Shown: positions 9,772 through 20,100 of the stretch, one piece after another | Layout of the letters: every line of letters starts with the position of its first letter | Numbering within the stretch: position 1 is the stretch's first letter | Made by a program: the position numbers and the translations under genes | Notes under the pieces: generated by a model | What the model saw: the letters and a program-made list of their open reading frames with translations, nothing else | What the model was told of the DNA's origin: nothing | Databases searched by the model: none | Origin: Pseudovirgaria hyperparasitica | Lineage: Eukaryota | Direction: 5' to 3' (one strand) | Assembly: GCA_010093815.1 (NCBI GenBank) | Contig: ML996568.1 | DNA length: 64,000 nt

Positions 9772-12486
9772 TTACATGACAGCTGCTGCAACAGCGGCAA
9801 CACCCGCTGCATACATCCACCCGTCGACACCCTCCATCTTGGTCGCTGCCCCGGTAAATGCTGGAGGCGTGGGGGTTACTGCCCTGGTTGGTATAGTAGG
9901 AGTTACACGTGTAGACGGAACAAGGCTTGTTGCGCAGACACTGGCCATACTACCGTAGCCCTCGCCAGGCACCATGACGCATGGTGGGGCTGGGCCAGCT
10001 GGTGGTGTTGGGTTAGGACCGACTGCGGGACCTGTCGGCGCTGGACCTGGACCACCTGTAGGTGCAACTTGTGTTGGGGGAGGGGGAACTTCAATCCCCT
10101 GTGAGGATGGAGCTGGGCCAGGTCCTCCCGCGGATGGAGACGGGGGCGGAGGTGGAGTTCCATCTGACGATGGTACAGGTGGAGGAGGAGGAGGAGCACC
10201 AATAGAAGACGGCACTGGTGGTGGTGGTGGTGGTGGTGGAACACCACCAGAAGATGGTACAGGCGGTGGAAGTGGAGTATCCCCAGACGACGGCGCTGCC
10301 GGTGGAGGTGGAGGTGGAGTAACCCCTGAAGATGGCGCTGGTTGTTGAGGTGGTGGAGGTGGAGCACCACCAGAAGATGGCGCTGGTTGTTGAGGCGGTG
10401 GGGGTGGAGCACCCGCAGACGACGGCACCGGTGGCGGCGGATTACCTCCATTTGGTGGACCAGGAGACGGCGATGGCTTCTCGAGTGTGATGACACGCGT
10501 GGATTGGGCAGTCTTTATGATGGTTGTGACCAAGGTCGTGTCAACGCCATTGCTCGCTGGAGGAGCCGGTGGTGGAGGTGGTGGCGGCGCTGGTGATGGC
10601 CCTGGGTTACCAGGTGTTTGATCAATAGTACTTGGAGCGAATGTGAAATCGGGCTGGTCTGTCGAGACAGGACACACAGTAACGCCGATTGAAATCAACG
10701 TGGTCTCTACAATGGTCGAATGAGCCGGACAGTGAACGACGGTAGATGCACAGGCTGTGATAGTATGTACAGATGTGCTGTAGATGGTCGATGTAGTCAG
10801 ATCCGCAGCAGATGGCGCTGGCGTTGGTGCAGGCGTTGGTGCAGGCGTTGGTGCAGGCGTTGGTGCAGACGTTGGTGCCGGCGTTGGTGCAGGTATCGGT
10901 ACTACCGGCGTTTCATTTGTTTCAACTGCCGATGAGGATGCTATACTAGCCGCAGGAGACTGTATGGACGGTATCGCATCGGGTGGAGGTGCTGGTGGAG
11001 CACTGGTTTCAATGAAAGCAGAGGAAGCAATAGACGAAGGAAGGGCAGGCGTCTGATCAGGTAATACTGCTGAAGTGGGTGTCACTGGGCACACAGTGGT
11101 ACCAATAGTTATGACGGAAGTCTGAACAACAGTAGATTGGGCGGGACAGTCGACGACTGTAGGGGCACAGGACGTAATGGTGATTAAAGTCGTGCTAAGA
11201 ATTGTCGAGGTTATGAACTCAGTTGGCGTCGACGTTGGTATTGGGGCCAGTGGGGAGGTCTCGACGACTGAAGACAGTATTGAGGAGACCACACTGCTTT
11301 CACCCGTTGGCGCTGATTGCTCGGTTGGGACGACGACGACGACTGATGTCGGTGTTTCTGCGCATCCACTGGAGCACAGAGTAGTTTTACTTGTGAAACC
11401 AGGCGGTGGCGCTCCTGGGGTAATGTCGTCTGGGCAGTACGTTACGGTCTGCGTGACGACCGAAGTGATATATCCGGTCGGGCACACATCTGTGACTTCC
11501 GTAACGATTGTGGTGACGAGCGTCACGCGACTACTGGAGGGCATGTCTGTTGTTACGGGCGCAGTGGTGATATCAGAGGGAGTGATGACCATGGAGGGCG
11601 TCGGTCCGGCAATTGAGGATTCTGCAGAGGAAACTGCAGATGTAACTATGGGGGTGTTGGGGCCGCCTTCAGAGGAAGGGCCCGTGGATACATCCGTGGG
11701 TGATTCCAGATTTGAAGAAACAAAGCTTTCTGCAGCCGAAGATGGAGTCTCGACTACTGAAGATGGTGTTTCGACGACCGAAGACGGGGTTTCGACGACT
11801 GAAGATGGTGTTTCAACGATTGAAGATGGAGTCTCGACTACTGAAGACGGAGTCTCAACCACCGAAGACGGAGTCTCAACCACTGAAGAAGGTAGAGCGT
11901 CAACAGCTGATGAAGCAGCTGTCGAAGGATTACCGTAGCCACCATCCGGGGGAGGTGGTGTGGCATCTGATGGACTTGGTGTAGGAGTCGGTGTAGGGAC
12001 AGACGGAGTTACAACATCAGAGGTCGGGCCACCATAGCCACCGTCGTCAGGTACATCCGTCGGAGTGGGCGTGGAAGGTGATGGGGTTTCAACGACCGAA
12101 GATGGGCCACCATAGCCACCATCATCTGGCGGCGCCGCGTCTGAGGGCGTCGGACCGGAAGCGGGTGTCGGCGCTGATGAGTCTTCCACGACTGAGGACG
12201 GGCTGCCATACCCACCGTCATCATCTGGAGGGCTGCCATACCCACCGTCATCATCTGGGGGACTGCCGTATCCGCCGTCGTCATCCGGTGGGCTACCATA
12301 TCCATCATCCTCATTTGTCTTCTTGACGATAGAGAGAGACCCTAGGATGTCGTCGTATCCGCCAAACAAGGCATTGCCTGCATGTCTCTCTGCCAGAGAG
12401 TCGACTGATGCACTGACAACGGAAGAGAGAAATAGCGGAGAAATGAAAAGAGAGCCGACACCCAAAACGAATGGAAGCGAGGGCAT
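9772..12486 (-). CDS. Secreted, probably GPI-anchored Pro/Ser/Thr-rich repetitive cell-wall protein (~904 aa)
   Basis: Signal peptide MPSLPFVLGVGSLFISPLFLSSVVSA; DDGGYG, SSVVETP and PAPT repeats; two TIT(S/A)CAxTVVxCPAxST Cys motifs; polyproline region; GPI-like end FTGAATKMEG...YAAGVAAVAAAVM. Confidence 0.85.
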   Translation of the reverse strand: MPSLPFVLGVGSLFISPLFLSSVVSASVDSLAERHAGNALFGGYDDILGSLSIVKKTNEDDGYGSPPDDDGGYGSPPDDDGGYGSPPDDDGGYGSPSSVVEDSSAPTPASGPTPSDAAPPDDGGYGGPSSVVETPSPSTPTPTDVPDDGGYGGPTSDVVTPSVPTPTPTPSPSDATPPPPDGGYGNPSTAASSAVDALPSSVVETPSSVVETPSSVVETPSSIVETPSSVVETPSSVVETPSSVVETPSSAAESFVSSNLESPTDVSTGPSSEGGPNTPIVTSAVSSAESSIAGPTPSMVITPSDITTAPVTTDMPSSSRVTLVTTIVTEVTDVCPTGYITSVVTQTVTYCPDDITPGAPPPGFTSKTTLCSSGCAETPTSVVVVVPTEQSAPTGESSVVSSILSSVVETSPLAPIPTSTPTEFITSTILSTTLITITSCAPTVVDCPAQSTVVQTSVITIGTTVCPVTPTSAVLPDQTPALPSSIASSAFIETSAPPAPPPDAIPSIQSPAASIASSSAVETNETPVVPIPAPTPAPTSAPTPAPTPAPTPAPTPAPSAADLTTSTIYSTSVHTITACASTVVHCPAHSTIVETTLISIGVTVCPVSTDQPDFTFAPSTIDQTPGNPGPSPAPPPPPPPAPPASNGVDTTLVTTIIKTAQSTRVITLEKPSPSPGPPNGGNPPPPVPSSAGAPPPPPQQPAPSSGGAPPPPPQQPAPSSGVTPPPPPPAAPSSGDTPLPPPVPSSGGVPPPPPPPPVPSSIGAPPPPPPVPSSDGTPPPPPSPSAGGPGPAPSSQGIEVPPPPTQVAPTGGPGPAPTGPAVGPNPTPPAGPAPPCVMVPGEGYGSMASVCATSLVPSTRVTPTIPTRAVTPTPPAFTGAATKMEGVDGWMYAAGVAAVAAAVM
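10817..10892. repeat. 12-bp coding tandem repeat (PAPT)n
   Basis: GGCGTTGGTGCA repeated about 6 times with variants. Confidence 0.85.
11737..11890. repeat. 21-bp coding minisatellite (SSVVETP) x ~7
   Basis: Units such as GAAGATGGAGTCTCGACTACT with synonymous variation. Confidence 0.9.
12198..12312. repeat. 30-bp coding minisatellite (DDDGGYGSPP) x ~4
   Basis: GGGCTGCCATACCCACCGTCATCATCTGG-like units. Confidence 0.85.
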
Positions 12487-13690
12487 TGTAAGAACGTGTT
12501 GAAGTAGAAGAAGGCTGGAGTATAAGAGAGAGAGAGAGAGAGAGTATGAAAAGAAAGAGAGAAGGAATAGGAAGAGTGACGAGAAGAGGAACGGAAATGC
12601 GGACGAAGAAATGGAATGTTTGTGAGAATGAGAGAGAGAGACCACCTGGGCCTGCACGACTCTATATTACTTTCCAAAGTGGACGCATACCTACGTATCG
12701 GAGCCTAATTGGTAAACATGTTTGGTTCATCGCCTTAACTGGGCAAACATGTGGATGGACAAAAAGCAGTAATAGGCGCTGAGAGACAGCTCGGTTCCGC
12801 AAGCCGATCGTCGAGAAGCAGAGACTAGGCAAGAGACAGCAAAGCGGCCGCCCAAGGGGGGGTATCATGGCGGCAACATGTGGAGCGTTCTACAGGCTCG
12901 ATGCGAGCGTGAGAGTGGATTCATCGAACACCGGAGAAGTGAAGATGCAGAAGAAGGAGAAGAAGGATGAAACGGAAAAGCGGATAATGGATCAGCTGAA
13001 GTCGAAGCGATGTTGATAAGAAGCCTGTGATTGGTCAAACGACTGTGGAGCCGCCGAGTTCAGCGTTTCGCCGTAGTCACGTGCCCGAGACCTCGTTGGC
13101 CGACACAAAACCGTCTTCCCCTCTCCACTGCATCTTCTTAGCTTGGCGGCTGCATACAGAGAGATACACAGCAACGGCGAACCAGTATCACTGGTGACTG
13201 GCTACATGCTCCCCTCGATTTAGACATTTGAAAGACTAGATCGTCTGGTCGACCAAGAACGAGTGCAAGACTCAGGAAGTTGGAGTTCCGGATGAATTGA
13301 ATCCTTCTTCTTCTGATTACTGGACGAGTCAAATCGTCTAGTACATCCTTCTCAGCCCTTGGACATGTAGAGTTTTAGAAGAAAAGAACACAGACACAGG
13401 CGCCCTGTCACATATAGACTTTCATATATTTATTGGCATAGCACTGGCTACTATTGGCCCTGACCTGCAGATACCCGCCGCCGGCTCCACATGTCGTTCG
13501 TTGTCGTCATCGATCAATGGCACTGCTTCTAAGATATGCCCATGAACATCAAGAAACATACACAAACCTCGTAGCCACATTGATTACTCAAGTCCCATCC
13601 TTGTACCCATCCTAGCATTCTGGCTATCATCTTTACATGATCTTCCGCATTAGTCCCCATCTCCTATCCCCACGCAAATCGCCCTCCATA

Positions 13691-14368
13691 ATGCCAGTCA
13701 CAACCATATCCGCAGAGACCCATGCAAAGTCCTCCTTTGCTCACAAACCCAATCCACACCACACCAATCTCTCGTCTCAGCACGACACGGAGCAGACCAA
13801 CACCTCGACTCCCCACGAGCGCAACCCAGACCACATTCCCCATACCAACCAAACCGAGGATTCATACGTCCTCACCTTACACACCTCGCAGAAGCACCAC
13901 TCCACCATGACTTCACTCCGCAAAACCTACTTCCCCCCACGCATCAACAAGCTCGGCGCTCACATCGCGCTCTTCCGCGCAATCCCCGGCTCCCATCTCC
14001 CCACGATCAAGTCTGACATCCGCTCCCTCACTGCCCATACCAGCTCTTTCCCCATCCGTGCCGACGCCCCATTCCGATTATCACACGGCATCGCGATCGG
14101 AGTAAGCGACGGCGGTCCCGAATCCAAACGGATCCACGCCGAACTGCGAGACCGATGGTATGACGTCCTGAGTAACCAGGATCGAGGCGGGTTCAGGGCG
14201 CATTACACGATCATGAACAAAGTCGACGACGAACAGGCCGTTCGCCAGGCGTGGGACGAGCTATCGGGCGCCTTCAAGGGCAGCGACGGTGTGGTTGAGG
14301 GACTCGCGTTGTGGCGGTATGAGAAGGGGTGGTGGAAGGACCGCGAGGTATTTCGGTTTGCGCATTGA
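13691..14368 (+). CDS. 2H phosphoesterase (2'-5' RNA ligase/LigT superfamily) protein; start at 13691 or 13637
   Basis: Fungal 2H-family pattern YVLTL...LRKTYFPPRINKLGAHIALFRAIP ... LSNQDRGGFRAHYTIMNKV ... GLALWRY. Confidence 0.75.
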   Translation: MPVTTISAETHAKSSFAHKPNPHHTNLSSQHDTEQTNTSTPHERNPDHIPHTNQTEDSYVLTLHTSQKHHSTMTSLRKTYFPPRINKLGAHIALFRAIPGSHLPTIKSDIRSLTAHTSSFPIRADAPFRLSHGIAIGVSDGGPESKRIHAELRDRWYDVLSNQDRGGFRAHYTIMNKVDDEQAVRQAWDELSGAFKGSDGVVEGLALWRYEKGWWKDREVFRFAH

Positions 14369-15438
14369 GGCGACGCGTATATACAATATACGTATCCGAA
14401 GCATTCTTCACACTTGACTCTGGCGAGCAGTTGGTTGGAGCTCTGATCGAAGGGAGCCAATCAATGACACTCAATGCGTCCCGGTCAGCTGAAAACGGCA
14501 ATTATATGCCATCGTCGAAAACAGGGCGATCGGACAGCATGGCCCGTGTCTGGAAAGAGTGGAGCCTTGACGGATCACAGTGATTGGCTGCCTGGTCATA
14601 TTTGTGTCAGAAGCGGCAATTTTCGACCATCGTTGAAAACAGGGCGTTTGGACAAATGGGCAACATGGTCCGTGAGCGGAAAACAGTGGGTCTTTGGCGC
14701 ACCTCTCTCATTGGCTGGCTTGCTGGCTTCAAGGACCGTCCTCCATACTCCTGTCGACGACCATGCGTTCAGACAGAGTTTCTGCAAGTTAGTGTTTACT
14801 CAAGGACCAAGCTTGTAGAAACTACCCGCGAGGCTCTGACCAGTATAGATACATTTTGATCATAGTCTTGTATCAGTGTAAACCTCACTCACAATACCCA
14901 GAAATGACGAAAAGGCGCAACCAAACAAAGGTACATTCCACAACCATACTTCCATTCATCTAACCATCCATCATCATCCTTCTACTACACTCTACTCTCA
15001 CCAAAACAAACGCACCACCAGCCAGCCTTACCATACCAAAACCGAAACCAAACCCAAAACCCAATCCCCTGACTCGCCGCCCCTGCGCGGCTCCGCCCGA
15101 TATCACACCACGCTCACGCCTCTCTATCCCTGCAGACAACGCTCAAAAATCGTATCGCGAAATTTACGATATGTGTGACCCCTTCGCAATGTCACTTTCC
15201 AGCGAGTCAAGTAGTCAGACCCATACCACGTTAGGTGGAGAGCGAAATGCGTCTTACAAGAGTGGTGTGCCTGTGGTGTGCGTGTGGTGTGCGTGTGGTG
15301 TGAGGGTGTATAGGGCCTTCGAGTCTTCGAGTGTGAGAGAAGGTCGGGTAGATAGAATGTCTATATACATACACACATATAAGTATATATACACTGTCAC
15401 AAGTATCTCACACGCCTTATGAAAATACTACACACCCA

Positions 15439-15520
15439 CTCTCTCTCATCTCTCTCTCTCTCATCTCTCTCTCTCATCTCTCTCTCTCTCATCTCTATCA
15501 TCTCTCATATCTCTCTCACC
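15439..15520. repeat. Compound (CT)n/(CATCTCT) microsatellite
   Basis: Direct reading: ctctctcatctctctctctctcatctc... Confidence 0.85.
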
Positions 15521-15565
15521 CCCACAAACCCCTCGCCCAAGAACCCATAAACACACAACCAATCC

Positions 15566-16000
15566 ATGGCCTCCTCCTCCTCCTCCTCCTCCACATCCTC
15601 CTCCTCCCACATTCCCACCCTCCGCCGTCTCCGCGCCTACTTCAAGGAAGACCACCCCTACGGCCGCTACCCAGTGACGCAAAGCGCATATCCCGCAGAC
15701 TATCGCGCCCTGGCGCGACGATTCATGCGGGTGAGCATCATGTATGTGTGTTTCTTTCCTTCTTTCTTTCTTTCTTTCTTCCTTCCTCTTTCTTCCTTAC
15801 TCTTTCAAGAACCCTAGCTCCTGGGGGGCAGCTGTGTGATTCTTGTAAACTGACTTTTGTCCGCCCGGCTGGGCGGGTGGTGAGATAGATATTTCCCTTC
15901 CGCGCTGCTGATTCTTGCCTGGCCGGTGGGCGTGCGATGGGTGGCCATGGGACGGGACGGGAGCAGGGACGAGGGGTTCTGGACTAAGCCAGCGTGGTGA
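15566..16000 (+). CDS. Small hypothetical membrane protein (~95 aa); exons 15566-15741 and 15889-16000
   Basis: Donor GTATGT at 15742, branch ACTGAC near 15849, acceptor TAG at 15888. Splicing gives ...RRFMRVSII-YFPSALLILAWPVGVRWVAM...PAW* with one hydrophobic helix. Confidence 0.6.
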
Positions 16001-16141
16001 TGAATTTTTTACTTTCGCGGGGAGGGAATGTAATTGTTGTATGTATATCATCGATCTAAAAGTTCTATGGAAATTCAGATTTCTTGGCCGCCTACTATTC
16101 TATAAAGATCCTCATGGTAATTTTGGCATTCCATCAAGTGT

Positions 16142-19100
16142 CTAGTAGACCTCCAACACATATCGTCCCTGATCCTTCAGCGTTTCGATTTCTCGCCTGC
16201 TGTTGATCTTCTTCGCGTCCATGCCCTCTGCCCTGCGTTCTTCCTCGACTGCTTCTTGCAAGACCTGCGTCACGTCTGGCACAGGCCATGTCGGGCCACA
16301 CAGATAGAAGCTGCCTTCCTCCTCCAAGTACGCCTTGCGAATATTGCGCAGTGTCTGGCGCATGCGATCCTGAATGTAGATCTTCTGCGGCTGGTCACGC
16401 GAAAAGGCACGGCCGAGCAGCGTGATGACGCCGGCATCTTGGTATGCCTCCCACTCTTCGCCGTACAGATACTCCTCTCGCTGGTGTCGTGAGCCCATGT
16501 AGAGCATGACAGCGCCGATATCGTGGCCCTCTTGCTTCTGCAGCGCGCGCTCCTGTACAAAGGCACGGAACGGCGCGAGACCCGTACCCAGACCGGCCAT
16601 GATGATGGGCGCGGTGGTCTTGGGTGGCAGCTTCATGACAGAAGGCTTGACGGATACAGTGACGGGTGCGCCGACGGGAAGGCTATTGAGGTATCGCGTG
16701 GCTTGTCCGAAGCGGTCGCGGCCCTTGGGATCGACCCAGCCGACGGTAACTATCAATAGTGACACTGAGGTAGGAGTTACGCGCTGAGATGAGGCGATGG
16801 AGTATTCGCGACGTTTCATAGGCGAAACGATACGGACGATGTCGTGGAAAGACGGGTGGGCCGAGTCGAATTCGAGAAGAATGTCCGCGTAGGTCGTGGT
16901 GTCGACTTCGGCACGGCGTTGGAACTCTTGGACACCTTCCTTCGTGCTGCCACCAAGAGACAGAAGTTCATCTTGCTGTGCCTTGTCGGAGGCAAACTCA
17001 GCTAAAGCTTCATAAAAGCGCTTTGGTGGGCGACCGAAGATGTCAACGTTTTGGACAAGTGCTTGATAGATGGTACGGTTTTCAAGCACGTTCGGATCTT
17101 CACGCGAGGGCACTTCAACGACATCCTCGGCATTAAGGCCGTACCATTTGATGAACTCCTCAACTTCAGTCTTATCGTTCTCTGCATGTACACCCAAAGC
17201 TTCACCAATGGCGTACTTGAGACCAGAGTCGCCAAGATCGAACTCGATATGGAAGATGTTGCGATCGTAATCGAGTGGAGTCAGGCGGCGGCGCTCCTTG
17301 ATGTGCGAAACGTATGTCTTGACACCCAGATCTGGGCGTAGTGCCTCTTTAGTCCCGTAAGCCTCCTTGAAAGCAAGACCCTTCGCGACAGTGGCCCAAT
17401 CCTTGAGGAAAGTCTCGGGCTCAGGCTCAATTTTCTCGAAAATTTCAAAACTATTGGAATTGATGTTCGTCGGGAGTGAAGCAATCTCTACGTCTTCTTC
17501 AATAGTCGCCCATGATTCCGGAATGCTGATTTGGTGGATCACCTTGTCAAGGTCTGCAGCTAAAACTTCCAGCATTTCTTGACTTCCATTGATGGCAGCA
17601 AGCTTCTGCTGACCGGCGTTCAATGTGTCGTTTTGGGCTAGACGCAAGAACACCAGTTGCGTTAGATAAGTCTCCAACTTGGCGTCTTCAACGACAAGCT
17701 CACACGCAGTTGGATCATATACAAAGAGATTGATATTCTTGGACACGATCGCTTTGCGTACGACAGCAGGTATCTTTTTCTCGAGGTCCTCGTCTTTCAC
17801 ACCCGGCAGCTTTATAACGAGTGTAGCATTGAGCTTCAGAGTATTCAGAATGTCGAACTCCTGAAGTAGAAGCCCCTCTGCAACGAGAGCAAAATCGGCT
17901 TGATCTATCGAGTAAGACGCTTCGATAGATTTCTGTGACGTGCGAATCTCAGTCTTCGTAACACCACCTTGAACGAGGTTATCGTGACGCGTGCTAATCG
18001 AGACATTGATAGCAGAGTCCTTGGACAGGAGGTTTCCGATGACAATTGGCGCATCCATAGAGGCCGAATTATCGCATTGCCAGAATGAGTATTGTTGGGT
18101 CTCGGAATCAAGTCCGTCTAGTGTGGAGTCAGCAGCGACAGCAAAGCCCTGGTTGCCAGTAGCTTCTTGAAACACTTCTGCCATCAATTTGGGTGACCAA
18201 GTTTGCTCTCTAGAGTATTTTATATCGGCCACCACAATGGGAGCAGGACCACCAAACGTAAAGGTTGTAGCCGCCAGGACGTCAGAATACAGTCGGGAAT
18301 GTGCGTCTACATCGGCAACAACCGTTTCGTTCTCAACCTGACCCAGCACAGCCACATTTTTGACAGTCTTCGGCAGTGCAGCCACGAATTCTTCCTCGAC
18401 GAATGGCCTATACACGCGAACGTTGATCAGACCAACAGTACCGCCTGATTTTGAGAGAGACCTAGCAACCTGTGCGCCAAGCGAGGCCTCGATCGTGCCA
18501 AAGACGACCACAACAGTCTCAGCTTCTTGGTGGCCATAGTACTCAAAGAGTCTGTAGTCAGTGCCCAGTTCATCGTTGAAGGCCTTCAAGAGCTTTACAA
18601 CGCGAGCTTCATTGAACGAGTGCTTCTTTTCAGATCCGTCCACGCTTTTCAATATAGCACTGTAATTGTCGAATAAGCTCTTTTGGCTGAGTACATCAAT
18701 GACGCGTGTGGTCTCGCGCCCGATACTGATACCATCATAGGTGTGGATGGTCGGCATGATGCTAGAGACTAAAGTCGAAAAGAGTGACATGTGCTGGACC
18801 TCGAACACAGAGGCACTGGAAATAAGGCCAAGGCCAAGGTCTTCGGCGATCGCGAATGAGGTTTCATAGTCGGACACAAACCCAGACTTTGAATCAGCGA
18901 CATAGTCGACCGCTGCGACATGTGCGACAAGTGGGTTGGCAACCGAGTACAAGAGAGCCAGTTCATCCAGCGCGGGACGAAGCTGCTGCAGACTTGACGA
19001 GGATGCGACAAGCGTTTGCGGAATATGACGTTTCTTGAGATCGAAATCCTCAGAAAACATGTAGCCCAATGCTATCGACCCTGCGCCTGTACGCGTCTCC

Positions 19101-19402
19101 ATAGCCGAGACGCCTGTAGCGTAGCCGTACGCATTCAACTCCTTCTGGGCAGACCATGTCTTGAGTGCGACGTCGAGATCGAACGTGTCCGGAGAGTAGG
19201 AAAAGATCTTATCGGACAAAGTGTAGGCGACCTGCTGGACGAGAGTCTGAGCAGTGAGGTAGGTAGGACCACTGATTGAAGAGAGAGAGACATCCTGTCC
19301 GAAGGGTAATGTGGTAGACTTTTCGACGAATTGCTTGAGCTCTTTCTCTTGCACCTGTATCGCCTCTGCAGGTCCTGCCGATTGGGTATCTTGCAAATGC
19401 AT
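16142..19402 (-). CDS. MET10: Assimilatory sulfite reductase (NADPH) flavoprotein (alpha) subunit, ~1086 aa, intronless
   Basis: N-terminal PFOR-like region (FEYYGH...VVVVFG...VRVYRPF); FAD-binding RREYSIASS; NADPH-binding MAGLGTGLAPFRAF, AFSRDQPQKIYIQD, FYLCGP; C-terminal GRYVLEVY. Confidence 0.93.
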   Translation of the reverse strand: MHLQDTQSAGPAEAIQVQEKELKQFVEKSTTLPFGQDVSLSSISGPTYLTAQTLVQQVAYTLSDKIFSYSPDTFDLDVALKTWSAQKELNAYGYATGVSAMETRTGAGSIALGYMFSEDFDLKKRHIPQTLVASSSSLQQLRPALDELALLYSVANPLVAHVAAVDYVADSKSGFVSDYETSFAIAEDLGLGLISSASVFEVQHMSLFSTLVSSIMPTIHTYDGISIGRETTRVIDVLSQKSLFDNYSAILKSVDGSEKKHSFNEARVVKLLKAFNDELGTDYRLFEYYGHQEAETVVVVFGTIEASLGAQVARSLSKSGGTVGLINVRVYRPFVEEEFVAALPKTVKNVAVLGQVENETVVADVDAHSRLYSDVLAATTFTFGGPAPIVVADIKYSREQTWSPKLMAEVFQEATGNQGFAVAADSTLDGLDSETQQYSFWQCDNSASMDAPIVIGNLLSKDSAINVSISTRHDNLVQGGVTKTEIRTSQKSIEASYSIDQADFALVAEGLLLQEFDILNTLKLNATLVIKLPGVKDEDLEKKIPAVVRKAIVSKNINLFVYDPTACELVVEDAKLETYLTQLVFLRLAQNDTLNAGQQKLAAINGSQEMLEVLAADLDKVIHQISIPESWATIEEDVEIASLPTNINSNSFEIFEKIEPEPETFLKDWATVAKGLAFKEAYGTKEALRPDLGVKTYVSHIKERRRLTPLDYDRNIFHIEFDLGDSGLKYAIGEALGVHAENDKTEVEEFIKWYGLNAEDVVEVPSREDPNVLENRTIYQALVQNVDIFGRPPKRFYEALAEFASDKAQQDELLSLGGSTKEGVQEFQRRAEVDTTTYADILLEFDSAHPSFHDIVRIVSPMKRREYSIASSQRVTPTSVSLLIVTVGWVDPKGRDRFGQATRYLNSLPVGAPVTVSVKPSVMKLPPKTTAPIIMAGLGTGLAPFRAFVQERALQKQEGHDIGAVMLYMGSRHQREEYLYGEEWEAYQDAGVITLLGRAFSRDQPQKIYIQDRMRQTLRNIRKAYLEEEGSFYLCGPTWPVPDVTQVLQEAVEEERRAEGMDAKKINSRREIETLKDQGRYVLEVY

Positions 19403-20100
19403 GTTGTTTGCGAGATTCCAGGCAAGAAGATTGAAATGAGGACCTGGACGAAGTAGCAAGTGTGGAGGAGGTAACTTCGCCTTCGCGCAAAGAGTCGTGC
19501 ACAGTGGACTAGAAAAGTTTCGGTAGCATCAATAACACCATCACTCTCGATTACCGACTTCGGCAGGACAAGGATCTAAATGTCAAATGCCGACAAAAGC
19601 AGCATTCTCATTGGTTGAAGTCGCTGCATAAGTGCTGCAGGGACGCAAAAAGATGCTAGACCCTTCATCACCTGCGATGGCGTGCTTGTCCCCGACGGCA
19701 TTTTCGGCTCGGCAGAATGTTTAGTCATCCATCTTATATTGGACCTACGTAAGGTAATTAGGGTTCTAGCTAGATGCATCATAGCAAGCCATTTGTCGGA
19801 CTAGCATTGATGGCTATTTAGTCACGCAGGAGTGTTTATTACTTCGATCGCGGAATGATGTTTATCATGCAATCCCTTTCAATAACGTGAAATTGTGCTA
19901 CGCTTGCGATCGGAACATATCGCAAATCTATGATGCTGTCAGGCAGGGGGTATCAGGAATCTATAAGTTCAAGCGATGAAGATGAATAGGAACGCAAAAT
20001 CTGCAACCCTACCCCTAGGTGAGCGAGTAACTGATGTCGTATGTCGTGTATGTTCGCCGGTGAACAGATACGATCGTGTAACTTTAGCATCCTGACCTTT

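Noticed and set aside
11177..11938. 253-aa plus-strand ORF with STTEDGV repeats
   Set aside because: Antisense reading of the 21-bp minisatellite in the GPI protein gene.
12487..12657. Upstream extension of the 961-aa ORF
   Set aside because: GTG start through a (CT)n leader; the signal peptide begins at ATG 12486.
19460..20100. Possible Cys3/MetR binding sites in the MET10 promoter
   Set aside because: I found no convincing ATGRYRYCAT-type match by eye.
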